From the NCBI GenBank assembly GCA_051117555.1, contig JBNPEG010000182.1, positions 1,648-20,571 of the forward strand: a stretch of DNA of 18,924 bases, in the 5' to 3' direction. Position numbers and translations under genes: made by a program. Every line of letters starts with the position of its first letter. The stretch's first letter is position 1. The DNA comes from Elainellaceae cyanobacterium (GTDB taxonomy: Bacteria > Cyanobacteriota > Cyanobacteriia > CAZCXK01). The notes beneath the pieces were generated by a model. It made no database searches, was not told where the DNA came from, and was given only the letters and a program-made list of their open reading frames with translations. Positions 1 through 10,472 of the stretch are shown here, in pieces.

Positions 1-127
1 CTGTGCCGATTGTACGTCATCCTCTTTCGGTATTGATCAAATCAGATATGAAGTGCGTTGCATTGCAAGTGAAGCGATTCTCCACCTCGAAAATGCCAAG
101 ATAGACGTTAACTGAAATCAATCTCTC

Positions 128-403
128 ATGCAATCTCCAGCTCATCTTTGTTTCACCTGTTCTAAGACAGAAGACTCCCTTTCTCTGATTCACAGACTTG
201 CCCACGAAATGTATTCTCGCTGGTTAACGTGGATAGACCAAGCCCCCCCTCTCCCAGCGGATATGCAAGCGAGCCTAGCCGAACGCGATTTAACCATGCG
301 ACGAATAAGCGCGGAACGCGATCCGGGTAATGCGATGGCAGCAAAAATTTTTGGTCCTGAGTTTGCAAACCAGTTGGTGCAGTCATTATGGAATAGAGAA
401 TAG
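128..403 (+). pseudogene. C-terminal remnant of a red chlorophyll catabolite reductase (RCCR)-like ferredoxin-dependent bilin reductase
   Basis: QSPAHLCF...RWLTWIDQA...LAERDLTMRRISAERDPGNAMAAKIFG...LVQSLW resembles the C-terminus of cyanobacterial RCCR proteins. There is an in-frame TGA at 113-115 and stops in the other + frames (102-104, 109-111), so the N-terminal part is not contiguous. Confidence 0.65.
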
Positions 404-663
404 GAACAGCTAAGTCATAAAATCGCCATTTCCCTGTTACTTCAAAATGATTGAAAGACTGAGCCATATTACATGTATGGTGCGTGACCTTGATCGCATG
501 GCAAGGTTTCTGAGGGAAAATAGCCAAAGTCTCCAAAAGATAGAGATAACCGCAGTTTTTCTAATCTTTTAGAGATTCTGTGCATAGAATCCACTGGGTT
601 GGGTAGTGGCGATCGCCAATTGAGTCGTTAAGATTAAGAAAATTACCGTGAGTTGAGAATGTC

Positions 664-1374
664 ATGTCTGTCTTTTGGCGTTTGGCTGCTCGCTTCACTT
701 TGGTTTTAGGTCTGCTCAGCATCAGTGCTTGCACAACGTCATCCCATCAAACTCAAGACGGCGAATCATTGACCCGTACAAGCGACTCCTCGTCTCCATT
801 ATCAACAGATGCATCACCGACTCCACAATCGGATGCCAATACTGATGGTGTGATGATTCAAAATCTGCCAGATGATAACAGTTATCGGTTCTGTAGTGAG
901 CCCTTTACAGGCTCATCTGACAGCGAACAACCCTTTTCGATAGAGGCTGAAAATGCAGATTCTGAGCAGAGCACCCATCCCTTAGATCAATCTATTAGAG
1001 GGTTGTGTTTCGCATTTCGCAAAGACGGCAGTCAAATTATTGGCACCTATTACGACACATCAACATTAGGTGAAGAGGGGCTGTGCATTAGCGGAGTCGC
1101 GGTGGGAAACAAAGTTACTGGAAAAGGGCGAGAATTTGTCGGCAGTGTTGGGCGACAAAGCGTTCCGCCAGGTTCAGCAGGCAGCACTCCCGTTAATTGG
1201 AGTGACGAAGGATTTCTAACCGTTGCAGATGCGGTAACGATTAATTTCTCTGACTCTAGCGGCAGTGAGGTCTATTACAATCAAGCTGTTCTCGATTTAT
1301 CTACATTTCATCGCTATCCCAATACTGAAATTGCAAACGACTGTCCTGATTTGTCGTCTGAAAATCAGTCCTAG
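664..1374 (+). CDS. Hypothetical lipoprotein
   Basis: 236-aa ORF with a basic N-terminus, a hydrophobic stretch and a lipobox-like LSISA-C. A Ser/Thr/Pro-rich linker is followed by a globular region with 4 further Cys. Confidence 0.8.
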   Translation: MSVFWRLAARFTLVLGLLSISACTTSSHQTQDGESLTRTSDSSSPLSTDASPTPQSDANTDGVMIQNLPDDNSYRFCSEPFTGSSDSEQPFSIEAENADSEQSTHPLDQSIRGLCFAFRKDGSQIIGTYYDTSTLGEEGLCISGVAVGNKVTGKGREFVGSVGRQSVPPGSAGSTPVNWSDEGFLTVADAVTINFSDSSGSEVYYNQAVLDLSTFHRYPNTEIANDCPDLSSENQS

Positions 1375-1385
1375 CAGTAATTAGC

Positions 1386-1477
1386 TATAGCAACCCCAGA
1401 TGGGGTGTGAGCGGCGGGGCGGGCGCCGCCCGCCCCGCCGCTCACAAGCAATTCACAAGCGATTTAGGATCGCTATA
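1386..1477. repeat. Miniature inverted-repeat element (TATAGC...GCTATA ends) enclosing a perfect 20-bp GC-rich palindrome
   Basis: Ends tatagcaaccccagat (1386-1401) and atttaggatcgctata (1462-1477) are a 12/16 inverted match. Internal arms 1406-1425 and 1427-1446 are perfectly complementary. Confidence 0.8.
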
Positions 1478-1506
1478 TCAGCAATTAGCAGTTAGATCGG
1501 AAATCT

Positions 1507-1923
1507 ATGGTTCATCAAGAACACATCAATCTTTCAACAACTGGCAATGGCGACATGCACGATCTGACCGATAAGGTCAGCCATATTGTCAGGCAGTCAG
1601 GCATTCAAACAGGGATGGTGAATGTTTTCAACATTGGCAGCACGGCATCCATTGGCACGATTGAGTTTGAGCCCGGTCTGCAAAAAGACTTGCCTCATAT
1701 TCTCAATCAACTGATTCCGCCGAGTCGCGACTATGGACACGAGCAAACCTGGCATGATGGCAATGGGCATTCTCATTTACAAGCAACCTGGATGGGGCCG
1801 TCATTAACCGTTCCTGTTCACAATGGGCAATTGGTTTTAGGAACCTGGCAGCAGATTTTTCATTTAGAGTGCGACATCAAACCTCGCCAGCGGAGAGTTA
1901 GCATCACGATATACGGCGAATAG
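1507..1923 (+). CDS. yjbQ: YjbQ/UPF0047 family protein (secondary thiamine-phosphate synthase)
   Basis: 138 aa with motifs HEQTWHDGNGHSHL and LVLGTWQQIFHLECD. Confidence 0.92.
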   Translation: MVHQEHINLSTTGNGDMHDLTDKVSHIVRQSGIQTGMVNVFNIGSTASIGTIEFEPGLQKDLPHILNQLIPPSRDYGHEQTWHDGNGHSHLQATWMGPSLTVPVHNGQLVLGTWQQIFHLECDIKPRQRRVSITIYGE

Positions 1924-3250
1924 CAACCATCTTAAAATTGCTGGATGGAGCAATCGTTATCCCTCGACGAACGGGCTTAAGAGGGCGATCGCTCGCGAGT
2001 GAAAATTGCCAGTTTGCTACGAGCGTTGCCAATACGAGCTTCATCTCTAGCATTGCCATTGCCGCGCCGATGCAGCGTCGATGTCCGCCGCCAAAGGGCA
2101 GATATTCGTAGGGCGAGAATTGTCGATGCAAGAATCGCTCCGGCTGAAATGATTTAGAGTCAGGATATAGATTGTCTCGATGATGAACTAAATAGATGCA
2201 GGGAAACAGCACCGTACCCGGTTGGAGAGCATAGCCCATGAGATTGAGGGGGCGACTCAAGATTCGTACTCCCGTGGTTAAGGTTACGGGATAGATACGG
2301 AGCGTTTCTTGACATAGGGCATTGAGATAGGGAAGCTTGGTAATTTCGTTAGGTTCAAGGCGATCGCCCAAATTTTCTAACTCCGAGCGCACAGTAGCTT
2401 CAACCTCGGGACGCGTATGAATCCAATAGAGAGCCCACGTGAGAGCTGATGCAGTGGTTTCATGGCCGGCGATGAGCAACGTCATCAGTTCATCCCGAAG
2501 CTCTGAGTCTGACATGGGCTGCCCGTCTTCATCACGAGCTGTCATGAGCACGCTGAGAATATCGTCGCCAGCCTCGTCTGCATGGGCGCGTCGGTCTTTA
2601 ATTTCGGCATAAATAATTTGATCGACCTGTTCTTTGCGCCGTACAAATCGTCCCCACGGACTCAGCGATCCCCAATCTTTTTGAAGGGCTGGAAAGAAAA
2701 TCAAAGAGGCGCTCAGCGGAGAACTGAGGCTATCCATCATGGAACTCAGCAACTGGTGCAAGTGATCAAAGCGATCGCCCTCGCTGACTCCAAAAACGGC
2801 TTTGAGAATGACCCTCAGCGTAATATCTTGCATCACCGCGCGGACTCGAAACTGTTGCCCAGGTTGCCATTGATCGCTCACCTCCTGGGCAATTTCACCC
2901 ATGATCTGACTGTAAGTGCGTAGCCGATCGCCATGAAAGGGAGGCATGAGCAACTTACGCTGACGGGCATGGCGATCGCCATCGAGCAGCAAGACAGAAT
3001 CATCGCCCATGAGATATCGCAGAAAGCGTCCGCCCCCATTTTTGCCCACGCTAAAGTGGTCGGGGCTTGCCGTCAATATGGTTTGGATAGCATCTGGATG
3101 GCTCACATAAACCACAGGCGGCGACGACTGCCCCACCCTAAAAATATCGCCGTAGCGATCGCCATAATCGTCTAGATAACGCAGAGGACGAGCGATGAGT
3201 TTGATCAGCCTTAATGCTTGGGGAGTGTTAGGACCATCCAGTCTGTCCAT
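1904..3250 (-). CDS. Cytochrome P450 (CYP110-like)
   Basis: I-helix AGHETT, K-helix ETLR, PERF and heme motif PFGGGHRRCIG. The ATG at 3250 is preferred over the ORF-track start at 3265. Confidence 0.95.
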   Translation of the reverse strand: MDRLDGPNTPQALRLIKLIARPLRYLDDYGDRYGDIFRVGQSSPPVVYVSHPDAIQTILTASPDHFSVGKNGGGRFLRYLMGDDSVLLLDGDRHARQRKLLMPPFHGDRLRTYSQIMGEIAQEVSDQWQPGQQFRVRAVMQDITLRVILKAVFGVSEGDRFDHLHQLLSSMMDSLSSPLSASLIFFPALQKDWGSLSPWGRFVRRKEQVDQIIYAEIKDRRAHADEAGDDILSVLMTARDEDGQPMSDSELRDELMTLLIAGHETTASALTWALYWIHTRPEVEATVRSELENLGDRLEPNEITKLPYLNALCQETLRIYPVTLTTGVRILSRPLNLMGYALQPGTVLFPCIYLVHHRDNLYPDSKSFQPERFLHRQFSPYEYLPFGGGHRRCIGAAMAMLEMKLVLATLVANWQFSLASDRPLKPVRRGITIAPSSNFKMVAIRRIS

Positions 3251-3289
3251 GCGATAACCTCTCAAGAATGGAATGATTAAAATTCCTCC

Positions 3290-4060
3290 TTACCACGGAA
3301 GTCGGCTTCCATCCCAGGAAAAAAATTGTCCGCTATCTTCGCTGCCGAGGGTGTCAAGAACGTCCATTAACTGAGTGACGGTGCGTTCAACCGAGAACAG
3401 TTTTTCAGGTGGAACATTGCCTTGAAAAGGCTTGGATAATCGGGTATCGGTAGTGCCAGGATGGAGCGTCACCACGATAGTATTGGGGCTTTTTCGCTGA
3501 TATTCGATCGCCGCTGTTCGCATCAACATATTTAAGGCAGCTTTAGAGGCGCGATATCCATACCAGCCACCTAAATGATTGTCGCCAATACTGCCAATTT
3601 TGGCAGAAATGCTGGCAAATATGCTGCGATCGTCATGCCGCAATAGAGGGATCAGATATTTTGCCAACAGCACGCCGCTCACACTGTTGACCTGAAAATA
3701 GCGCAGCAATTGGTCGGCGTTAATGTGTTTCAGGCTTTTTTCGGGCTGAATATCGTCTGAGTGCAAAAAACCAACGCAGTTGATAACGACATGCAGCGTT
3801 TTGATCCCGGTACTGATGTGCGCGATGCAGTCTGCTACTTGAGACTCGTTTGTTGCATCGAGTGGAAGACAGGTGAGGCGATCGGGGTATTGTTCATCCA
3901 GTGAAAACAATCCTGAGGCTGAGTCAGGATTATGATACGTTGCGATGACATGGGCGATCGCCTCATGATCCAGTAGATAGTTGACAAATCCTAAGCCGAT
4001 TCCTTGACTTGCCCCAACCACTAAAGCGTTTGCGTTTTGCACGTCGTTCAAACTAGGCAT
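3290..4060 (-). CDS. Short-chain dehydrogenase/reductase, CsgA (C-factor)-like
   Basis: GASQGIG Rossmann motif, SAKIGSIGDN, catalytic YRASK, LHPGTTDT and C-terminal FFSWDG..LPW. Confidence 0.93.
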   Translation of the reverse strand: MPSLNDVQNANALVVGASQGIGLGFVNYLLDHEAIAHVIATYHNPDSASGLFSLDEQYPDRLTCLPLDATNESQVADCIAHISTGIKTLHVVINCVGFLHSDDIQPEKSLKHINADQLLRYFQVNSVSGVLLAKYLIPLLRHDDRSIFASISAKIGSIGDNHLGGWYGYRASKAALNMLMRTAAIEYQRKSPNTIVVTLHPGTTDTRLSKPFQGNVPPEKLFSVERTVTQLMDVLDTLGSEDSGQFFSWDGSRLPW

Positions 4061-4082
4061 CGTCGAGTCTTAGATAAAGAGT

Positions 4083-5138
4083 TTATGAGCAAGGAGAAGA
4101 ATCTTGCCCCTTCTTCATCTTGACTGTTTTTCCCAATGCTTCAAGAATGTTGTAGCACCGCATGGATGCATCATAGGGATGGAGCCCAAATTCTTGCGAC
4201 AGCTCTTCAAACACCTTCACCCCACGAATGCTGTTACCGCGCCCATCGAGTAGCGGTGAAAATACGGCGATGCCAAGCTGATTAGGGACGACTGCAATGA
4301 TGCCTCCGCTGACGCCGCTTTTGGCAGGCAGCCCGATGCGGTAGTTCCACTCGCCTGCAAAATTATACATACCGCAGCTTGACATGACGCTGAGAATATC
4401 GCGAATGTAGCCAGCGTTAACGGCTTGCGTTCCCGTAATTGGGTTGACTCCATAGTTGGCAAGCGTTGCCGCCATCACCGCTAACACGTGACAGTCGACC
4501 ATAATCGAGCATTGCTGAAAATAGAGATCGAGCGATTCATCTACCGGATCATCAATGATGCCAAAGTTACGCATAAGATAGGCCATCGCTCGGTTACGAA
4601 AGCCAGTGGCACGCTCAGACACAAACGTGGGCATATCGATAAATAGCTCGTGCCCAGCATAGCGTTCAAACATGTCGAGCATGCGGTTGAGCCGTTCGGT
4701 GTGGGATGATCCGTTGATTAAGCTAGTCGTGGCGATCGCCCCCGCATTCACCATCGGGTTATATGGGCGTTTTGACTGATCGTCTAGAACAATAGAATTA
4801 AAGGCATCTCCCGTGGGTTCAACTCCGACTCGGCTGAGGAGATAGTCTCTCCCGTGATCTTCGAGGGCAAGCCCATAGACAAAAACTTTGGAGATTGATT
4901 GAATCGTAAACAGGCGATCGCAATCTCCTACCTCATAGATTTCGCCATCTACCGTAATCACCGAAATCCCAAACCAGTCTGGGTTCATCTTCGCCAGCTC
5001 AGGAATATAGTCCGCTACTTTGCCGTCTTGCAGCGATCGATATTTGCGATGAAGCTCAGCTAGATACGCTTGAAAGTCTGACGCAGTAATTTGAGGAAGG
5101 GATCGTCTGAACGGCGAGCTTGATTTAGCCATAGGCAC
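4083..5138 (-). CDS. glsA: Glutaminase A
   Basis: [11 protein letters not shown], catalytic [17 protein letters not shown] and PAKSGVSGG. Confidence 0.96.
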   Translation of the reverse strand: MPMAKSSSPFRRSLPQITASDFQAYLAELHRKYRSLQDGKVADYIPELAKMNPDWFGISVITVDGEIYEVGDCDRLFTIQSISKVFVYGLALEDHGRDYLLSRVGVEPTGDAFNSIVLDDQSKRPYNPMVNAGAIATTSLINGSSHTERLNRMLDMFERYAGHELFIDMPTFVSERATGFRNRAMAYLMRNFGIIDDPVDESLDLYFQQCSIMVDCHVLAVMAATLANYGVNPITGTQAVNAGYIRDILSVMSSCGMYNFAGEWNYRIGLPAKSGVSGGIIAVVPNQLGIAVFSPLLDGRGNSIRGVKVFEELSQEFGLHPYDASMRCYNILEALGKTVKMKKGQDSSPCS

Positions 5139-5206
5139 CCATTACGGAAGATTTGAGAATTCGCACAAGCCGGCTATCACATCAAACGCATCTCAACGAC
5201 GCGGCG

Positions 5207-5956
5207 TCAAATCAGCCCGTGTCGAGGACGAGATGATGCCTCTGACCGAGTCGTATCTGCCCCCTTATTCATCGAGATAGACTGAGCCGCTTGTTCGTGC
5301 TGAAGCTGTTGCCGACCATTACGAATGATCCGCATCATCTCGCTTAGCTGATGTTCCATATCGCTCAGCACGCGATCGGCATAATCATCTGCGCCTTGCT
5401 GAATCTCGTTGCATTCAACGATCGCCATCTGCCGCACTCGTTCAAATTCTTGTTGTGCCTGATAGCGAAGTTCGTCAATTTCGGCCATCGTTTGCTCTCT
5501 GGCTGCATCGCATTCTTGCTGAATTCGCTGCTGAATTTGCCTTGCTTCTAACTCAGCATGGCGAATCAGCCCCATCTCATCGATCATTTGAGAGGCTTGT
5601 CGCTGAGCCGATTCAACAATCTCTTGGGCATACTGTTCTGCCTCAAGCAAAATTTCTTCTTTGTGCCGTACGACATCGACAGCTTCATGCAAAACCGATG
5701 GCAAACTCAAGCGCACCAAGTCAAGCTGGTCGAGTAACTGCTCTTCATCAACCACGGTTCTCCGGCTCAGAGGAATACGCGGGCTATCCAGAATCATCTC
5801 TTCTAACTTATTGAGTTCATTCTGAACATCTAAGCCCCCGATTCGAGACGTTTCCCGATACACGGCGGCCTTTTCAGCCGGATCGGTCGATGCCTCGTGA
5901 GTCGAGTCACGGGTGATGCGGTCTTTGCTTACACGATTGGGGTCTCGGCGTAACAT
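5207..5956 (-). CDS. cdv3: DivIVA-like cyanobacterial cell division protein Cdv3
   Basis: Coiled-coil protein with [16 protein letters not shown] and [10 protein letters not shown]...IRNGR. It lies directly downstream of and overlaps coaD, the usual cyanobacterial arrangement. Confidence 0.85.
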   Translation of the reverse strand: MLRRDPNRVSKDRITRDSTHEASTDPAEKAAVYRETSRIGGLDVQNELNKLEEMILDSPRIPLSRRTVVDEEQLLDQLDLVRLSLPSVLHEAVDVVRHKEEILLEAEQYAQEIVESAQRQASQMIDEMGLIRHAELEARQIQQRIQQECDAAREQTMAEIDELRYQAQQEFERVRQMAIVECNEIQQGADDYADRVLSDMEHQLSEMMRIIRNGRQQLQHEQAAQSISMNKGADTTRSEASSRPRHGLI

Positions 5957-6417
5957 CGGCGAATATCCAGGGCAACAGGTTGAGGGACAAGATGATCAAT
6001 AGGACCACCAAACTTCGCAATCTCCTTGACCAGGCTACTACTTAAGAAGCTGTATTCATTCGAGGTTGCTAGAAAAACGGTTTCGATCTCATCAGAGAGG
6101 GTTTTGTTAGTATGCGCCATCTGGAGTTCCATTTCAAAGTCTGAGACCGCTCTCAAACCTCTCAGCAGAACTCGGGCATTTCGCATTCGGGCATAGGTAA
6201 CGGTTAAACCATTAAAGCTATCTATTTCAAGGTTAGATAGATGGTGAGTCGATTCGCGAATTTGATGAATCCGCTGGTGAACGCTGAAGAGAGGCTTTTT
6301 GTTGGGGTTGTTTAAGACTGCCACAACAACTTGCTCAAATAGCTTACAGCCCCGCTCAATGATGTCTAAATGTCCTAGAGTAATCGGGTCGAAACTACCA
6401 GGGTAGATCGCAATCAC
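5929..6417 (-). CDS. coaD: Pantetheine-phosphate adenylyltransferase
   Basis: [28 protein letters not shown] and [12 protein letters not shown] start. Confidence 0.98.
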   Translation of the reverse strand: MIAIYPGSFDPITLGHLDIIERGCKLFEQVVVAVLNNPNKKPLFSVHQRIHQIRESTHHLSNLEIDSFNGLTVTYARMRNARVLLRGLRAVSDFEMELQMAHTNKTLSDEIETVFLATSNEYSFLSSSLVKEIAKFGGPIDHLVPQPVALDIRRCYAETPIV

Positions 6418-6587
6418 GGTTTGAGAGTTTAAGGTTTGCTGAAGCGATTATATCGGACGCTTCGCCAATCGCTAACACAGAGATTACCCTGATCGATGAA
6501 AGTATTATATACAACCTGGTCTTTGCCTATTCCGTATTAATGTCTAAAATTAATGGTCAGTAGTTAGGTACGCCCCGTCTCAACTCA

Positions 6588-8696
6588 TCACAGCGCGTTA
6601 GCGGACGGAGCCGCATTGACAAGGCTGAGTAAAGGACCCGTTTGTTCCTGCCCGTTGGTGGCTAGCTCGCTATGACAGAGATAAATGCGTTCGGTGGCTC
6701 GACCCAGCAAGTCGACCATCTCTCGGCGTAATCGTTCTTGATTGTCTGCTGCGGTGTCGTCTGCCGTCCACGATCGCCCCGACCACTCGCGAAGAAATAG
6801 CGGAGCCCCAAATAATGGGCCACCCCCCATAAGCCAAAGAGCAGACCCCGCATCTAGCCAAAACTGCCAGCGATGTGCCTGACGTTGCGATCGGTATTGA
6901 AAAATAGTCGCCAGTGTGACACTCTGGCGAGCCATGCCAACGGGGCGAACCGGATAGGGATCAGCAGTAATCGTGCCGCTCCGGAGAAGATTAATAAAAT
7001 TTTCCACAGTTGAGCTAGGAGGCGACTCGCTCAAATCGCTTCGGCGTAGCCGAGTATCGATATCCCAGTAGTGTTGAGCGGTTTCAATTAGTTCTCGCAG
7101 CGCTGCAAGCTGGTCATAGGGCAGATGACTGCCGCCATAGAAAAACTGTTGAATGGCTCGATCTAATACTGTCACTGCATTGGGAATCAGGCGTTGTTGC
7201 TGGTCAGCCCGTTGCCGATCGATCCATTCGGCGATCGCACTGTAGGTCTGACTGGCGCGATATCCGAGGCGATCCCACCGGGGAAAAGCAGTGATCGGTA
7301 GCAGCTCTGGATAGGTGGGATCAGGCTTAAAGCAGTGATCAGTAATCAGCCCTGCTCTCACCGGGTCAATATCTGCCAGGTCTAAACCCGATGGTTCTGT
7401 CCGTGACACGGGAGCCTGGCTGAGCATGACGAGCATTTCGGCGATCGCCTCCCGATTGATGAGCCGCCCCAACCCTGGATAAAGCAATGCCATCAGCGTC
7501 AGCAGTGCTCGGATCATGGGCGAACTAATCAACGTCCGCTGGTCGTTCAGCGCCTCAACTGAAATTCCCTTATGGATTAAAATCTCACGAAGCGTGTAGC
7601 GGGCGATCGCATCTAGCCCAGGCCCTACCACCGCAACCTCATGGGGTTGCACCTGTCCGGCATACACCGCAGTGGCGATCGCCTCAGCGGTTTGGCGTAA
7701 GAGCTGTGCCCGCGATACCGTTTGAATCGTCTGAATCGAGTCAGGGAGTTCGGAGAGGCGTAACGGCTCTTGCACCCATGCCCACATCACCGTACTCCAA
7801 TCACTAGCGAGACAGCGATCCCGAGGGCGGTCTAATGATTCAACCCGGCATCGAGAGGCTAGCCCTTCTAACCAATGGGAATCAGCTCCCAATCCTAAGC
7901 GGTGTCCTCCCTCTGGGTTATAAGTAAACACGCCTGGTCGTCCAGCATCCAGTAAAACCGTGAGTAGAGAACGGGCGATCGCCGGATACTCATCGACATC
8001 ATCGGCAAAAACAGCATAATACCGATTGCGCACATGCTGTTGATATGTCTCGTTCGGAAGCAAATAGCGCCAATATAGCTGAGAAATGATGCCGTAGGTG
8101 ACGAGTCCGCGATCGAGACACCAATGCCACCAGTGCTGAAGCACCTCTCCCATGCAGTCCCACAGGTCGGCAGAACCAATTTGATCGGCAAATCCGTCTT
8201 TTAATAGGATGGGAATGTCTTCGAGCGGAATGCCCGCACTGCCCGACAATTGCAACAAATCGAGGGTGCGTCTCACTAAGTAGTAGTCGCGCACTCCCTC
8301 TTGTTGAAGTCGCCCGGAGGTAAGCTCGGGCTGCCAGAGTCGAGTGGCAAGCTCTTGCTCGGTTTCGGGGCGCAGTCGCAGCGGAAATTGAGCCTGCAAC
8401 CCCAATTGTTGAGCAATCAGGGGCCAAAACAGGCGAGTTTCGCTCTCAAAAAAACCCAGTGGCGTCGTCGAATCAAACCGATACGGTTCGGCTGTGGCAT
8501 CGTGAATTCGATCGGCTAATTCAATCCGATTATCACCGTTCGCGGCCATCACTAGGATATTTGCAATAGAATCTTGATCGGTGGCAAGAGGAACTGAGCC
8601 AACGAGCGATCGCGCCCGCTGAGAAAACAGGTCAATGAGGCGGTGGGTTTTGCCACTTCGGGTAGAGCCAACAATCCAAATCGAGTCAGACGACAC
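6588..8696 (-). CDS. Cyanobacterial P-loop protein with degenerate SF1 (UvrD/AddB-like) helicase motifs
   Basis: 702 aa with Walker A GSTRSGKT, Walker B-like FADDVDEY and motif VI-like LLGRATERIYL. Confidence 0.75.
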   Translation of the reverse strand: MSSDSIWIVGSTRSGKTHRLIDLFSQRARSLVGSVPLATDQDSIANILVMAANGDNRIELADRIHDATAEPYRFDSTTPLGFFESETRLFWPLIAQQLGLQAQFPLRLRPETEQELATRLWQPELTSGRLQQEGVRDYYLVRRTLDLLQLSGSAGIPLEDIPILLKDGFADQIGSADLWDCMGEVLQHWWHWCLDRGLVTYGIISQLYWRYLLPNETYQQHVRNRYYAVFADDVDEYPAIARSLLTVLLDAGRPGVFTYNPEGGHRLGLGADSHWLEGLASRCRVESLDRPRDRCLASDWSTVMWAWVQEPLRLSELPDSIQTIQTVSRAQLLRQTAEAIATAVYAGQVQPHEVAVVGPGLDAIARYTLREILIHKGISVEALNDQRTLISSPMIRALLTLMALLYPGLGRLINREAIAEMLVMLSQAPVSRTEPSGLDLADIDPVRAGLITDHCFKPDPTYPELLPITAFPRWDRLGYRASQTYSAIAEWIDRQRADQQQRLIPNAVTVLDRAIQQFFYGGSHLPYDQLAALRELIETAQHYWDIDTRLRRSDLSESPPSSTVENFINLLRSGTITADPYPVRPVGMARQSVTLATIFQYRSQRQAHRWQFWLDAGSALWLMGGGPLFGAPLFLREWSGRSWTADDTAADNQERLRREMVDLLGRATERIYLCHSELATNGQEQTGPLLSLVNAAPSANAL

Positions 8697-9019
8697 TAAT
8701 AATCCTGAAATGAGTTTGATATCATACTACGTACTTTAACCTTAGCGAACACAGCGAATTTACCGCTCAATCTACACCGCTTGGTTCGACGCTTCATCTG
8801 TTAATGCCTGAGCTGAATGACACGGGTTCGCTGTAGGCATTTTGCATCGTTTCATCTGCGAAATTTATACAATTCTCAGCGTTCTGTCGAAATATCTGGC
8901 ACTGAGTGGGCTATGGTTTTGTTGAATCACAACCGTCATACTCAGTTGTTCATCGAGGCATCCTATCGATGCTTAATGTTGTCTTCAAACAGTTTTAAGA
9001 ACACAACCGCCGTCCTCCC

Positions 9020-10453
9020 ATGAAATCATCTATTTCAAATACTGTTAAAGGAATATTCCGAGCAGCAAATCAGTGGTTTTTGCGAACACCCGAACGAGCG
9101 CTTGATGAAGCCTATGACGCAGCGTTATCGATTAAGGCCATTGAAGATACTCACTTTGATGGGAGGCGGATATCACCTGACTATGGAAATTACAGCAATA
9201 GCGTTAATGCCTATTTTCAAGCGGAGCTCAAAAAATACTTAAAGATTGCCAAGATGAGATTGGCTGAGTTTAAGGCCAGCAGTTCTCTGTTTCGCACCTC
9301 AAATTTGTCGACTTCACTTACACGCAATTCAACCGAAATTCAAATCGATGAAAACTCTGCTGATGTGCAGACCATTGATGTCATCGACAAACCTCGCACT
9401 ATTCTCAAAAAGCTTAAGTTTATTGATGAAGTCTTAGTCCGATATAGTGCTGAGAAAAAATCTGAAACCCGCTCAGAAACTCGCTCAGATAAAGGACGTC
9501 CATCAAACAATGGCGATCGCCCTAGGCGATTTAGATCTGATTCTTCGGCTCTACCAGACTCGAAGTCGGCTGAGGCAAATACCCCGACCGCGAGGCAGAT
9601 GTATCAGAACAGCACCTTTCGAGATAGCCCTGGTTCTGATAATGAATCATTCGTCGATAAAACGGGAGTGCTACCCCGTTCGATTTTGAGAACCGTCGAT
9701 CGAATTAAGCGGGAACTGGACCCGAAAGCTGAAAATGAGGTCGTTGAAGAATTTCGAGATTCAAAAACTCGAACGATTGTCTCTCTTCGATTTATCTTAC
9801 TTCTAATTATCATCCCATTGCTGACTCAACAGGTGTCCAAAAACTTTGTTGTGGGTCCAATTGTTGATTACTTCAGAGGCGATCAACCCTCTCAGGTTTT
9901 TCTAAATACAGAGATGGAAGAAGAGGCGCTTTCTGAACTCCAGCGATACGAAGAAAGGTTTAGATTTGAAATTTTGATTGGCAAAATTCCTCCAATTTCG
10001 GAAGAGGAGATTGAATCACAGGTTAAAGATAAGGCAGAAGAAATCGAAAACCAATATCGTAAATATAGTTCTGATGCGATTAAAAATGTATTCTCCGATA
10101 TTTTATCAGTACTCGCATTTGCGGGCGTTTTAGTCAGCAGTAAACGAGAGATTGCGATTCTGAAATCATTCGTAGATGAACTCATTTACGGACTAAGCGA
10201 TAGCGCCAAGGCGTTCATTATCATCTTGTTTACAGACATGTTTGTCGGATTCCACTCTCCTCACGGGTGGGAAGTCTTGCTTGAGGGCATTTCTCGACAC
10301 TTTGGGTTTCCGGCTAATCGAGACTTTATCTTCTTATTCATTGCCACATTTCCGGTGATTCTCGACACTGTGTTTAAATACTGGATTTTCCGATATTTAA
10401 ACCGAATTTCACCGTCAGCCGTGGCAACGTATAAGAATATGAATGAAACCTAA
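9020..10453 (+). CDS. pcxA: Proton extrusion protein PcxA (CotA/CemA family)
   Basis: TPERALDEAYDAAL..KAIED.HF N-terminus. CemA C-terminus LSDSAKAFIIILFTDMFVGFHSPHGWE...KYWIFRYLNRISPSAVATY. Confidence 0.96.
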   Translation: MKSSISNTVKGIFRAANQWFLRTPERALDEAYDAALSIKAIEDTHFDGRRISPDYGNYSNSVNAYFQAELKKYLKIAKMRLAEFKASSSLFRTSNLSTSLTRNSTEIQIDENSADVQTIDVIDKPRTILKKLKFIDEVLVRYSAEKKSETRSETRSDKGRPSNNGDRPRRFRSDSSALPDSKSAEANTPTARQMYQNSTFRDSPGSDNESFVDKTGVLPRSILRTVDRIKRELDPKAENEVVEEFRDSKTRTIVSLRFILLLIIIPLLTQQVSKNFVVGPIVDYFRGDQPSQVFLNTEMEEEALSELQRYEERFRFEILIGKIPPISEEEIESQVKDKAEEIENQYRKYSSDAIKNVFSDILSVLAFAGVLVSSKREIAILKSFVDELIYGLSDSAKAFIIILFTDMFVGFHSPHGWEVLLEGISRHFGFPANRDFIFLFIATFPVILDTVFKYWIFRYLNRISPSAVATYKNMNET

Positions 10454-10472
10454 TTAAAGGTCACTCAAACTG

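Noticed and set aside
9461..9496. 12-bp tandem repeat in pcxA (SETR-SETR-SDK)
   Set aside because: In-frame micro-duplication in the variable low-complexity linker; ordinary.
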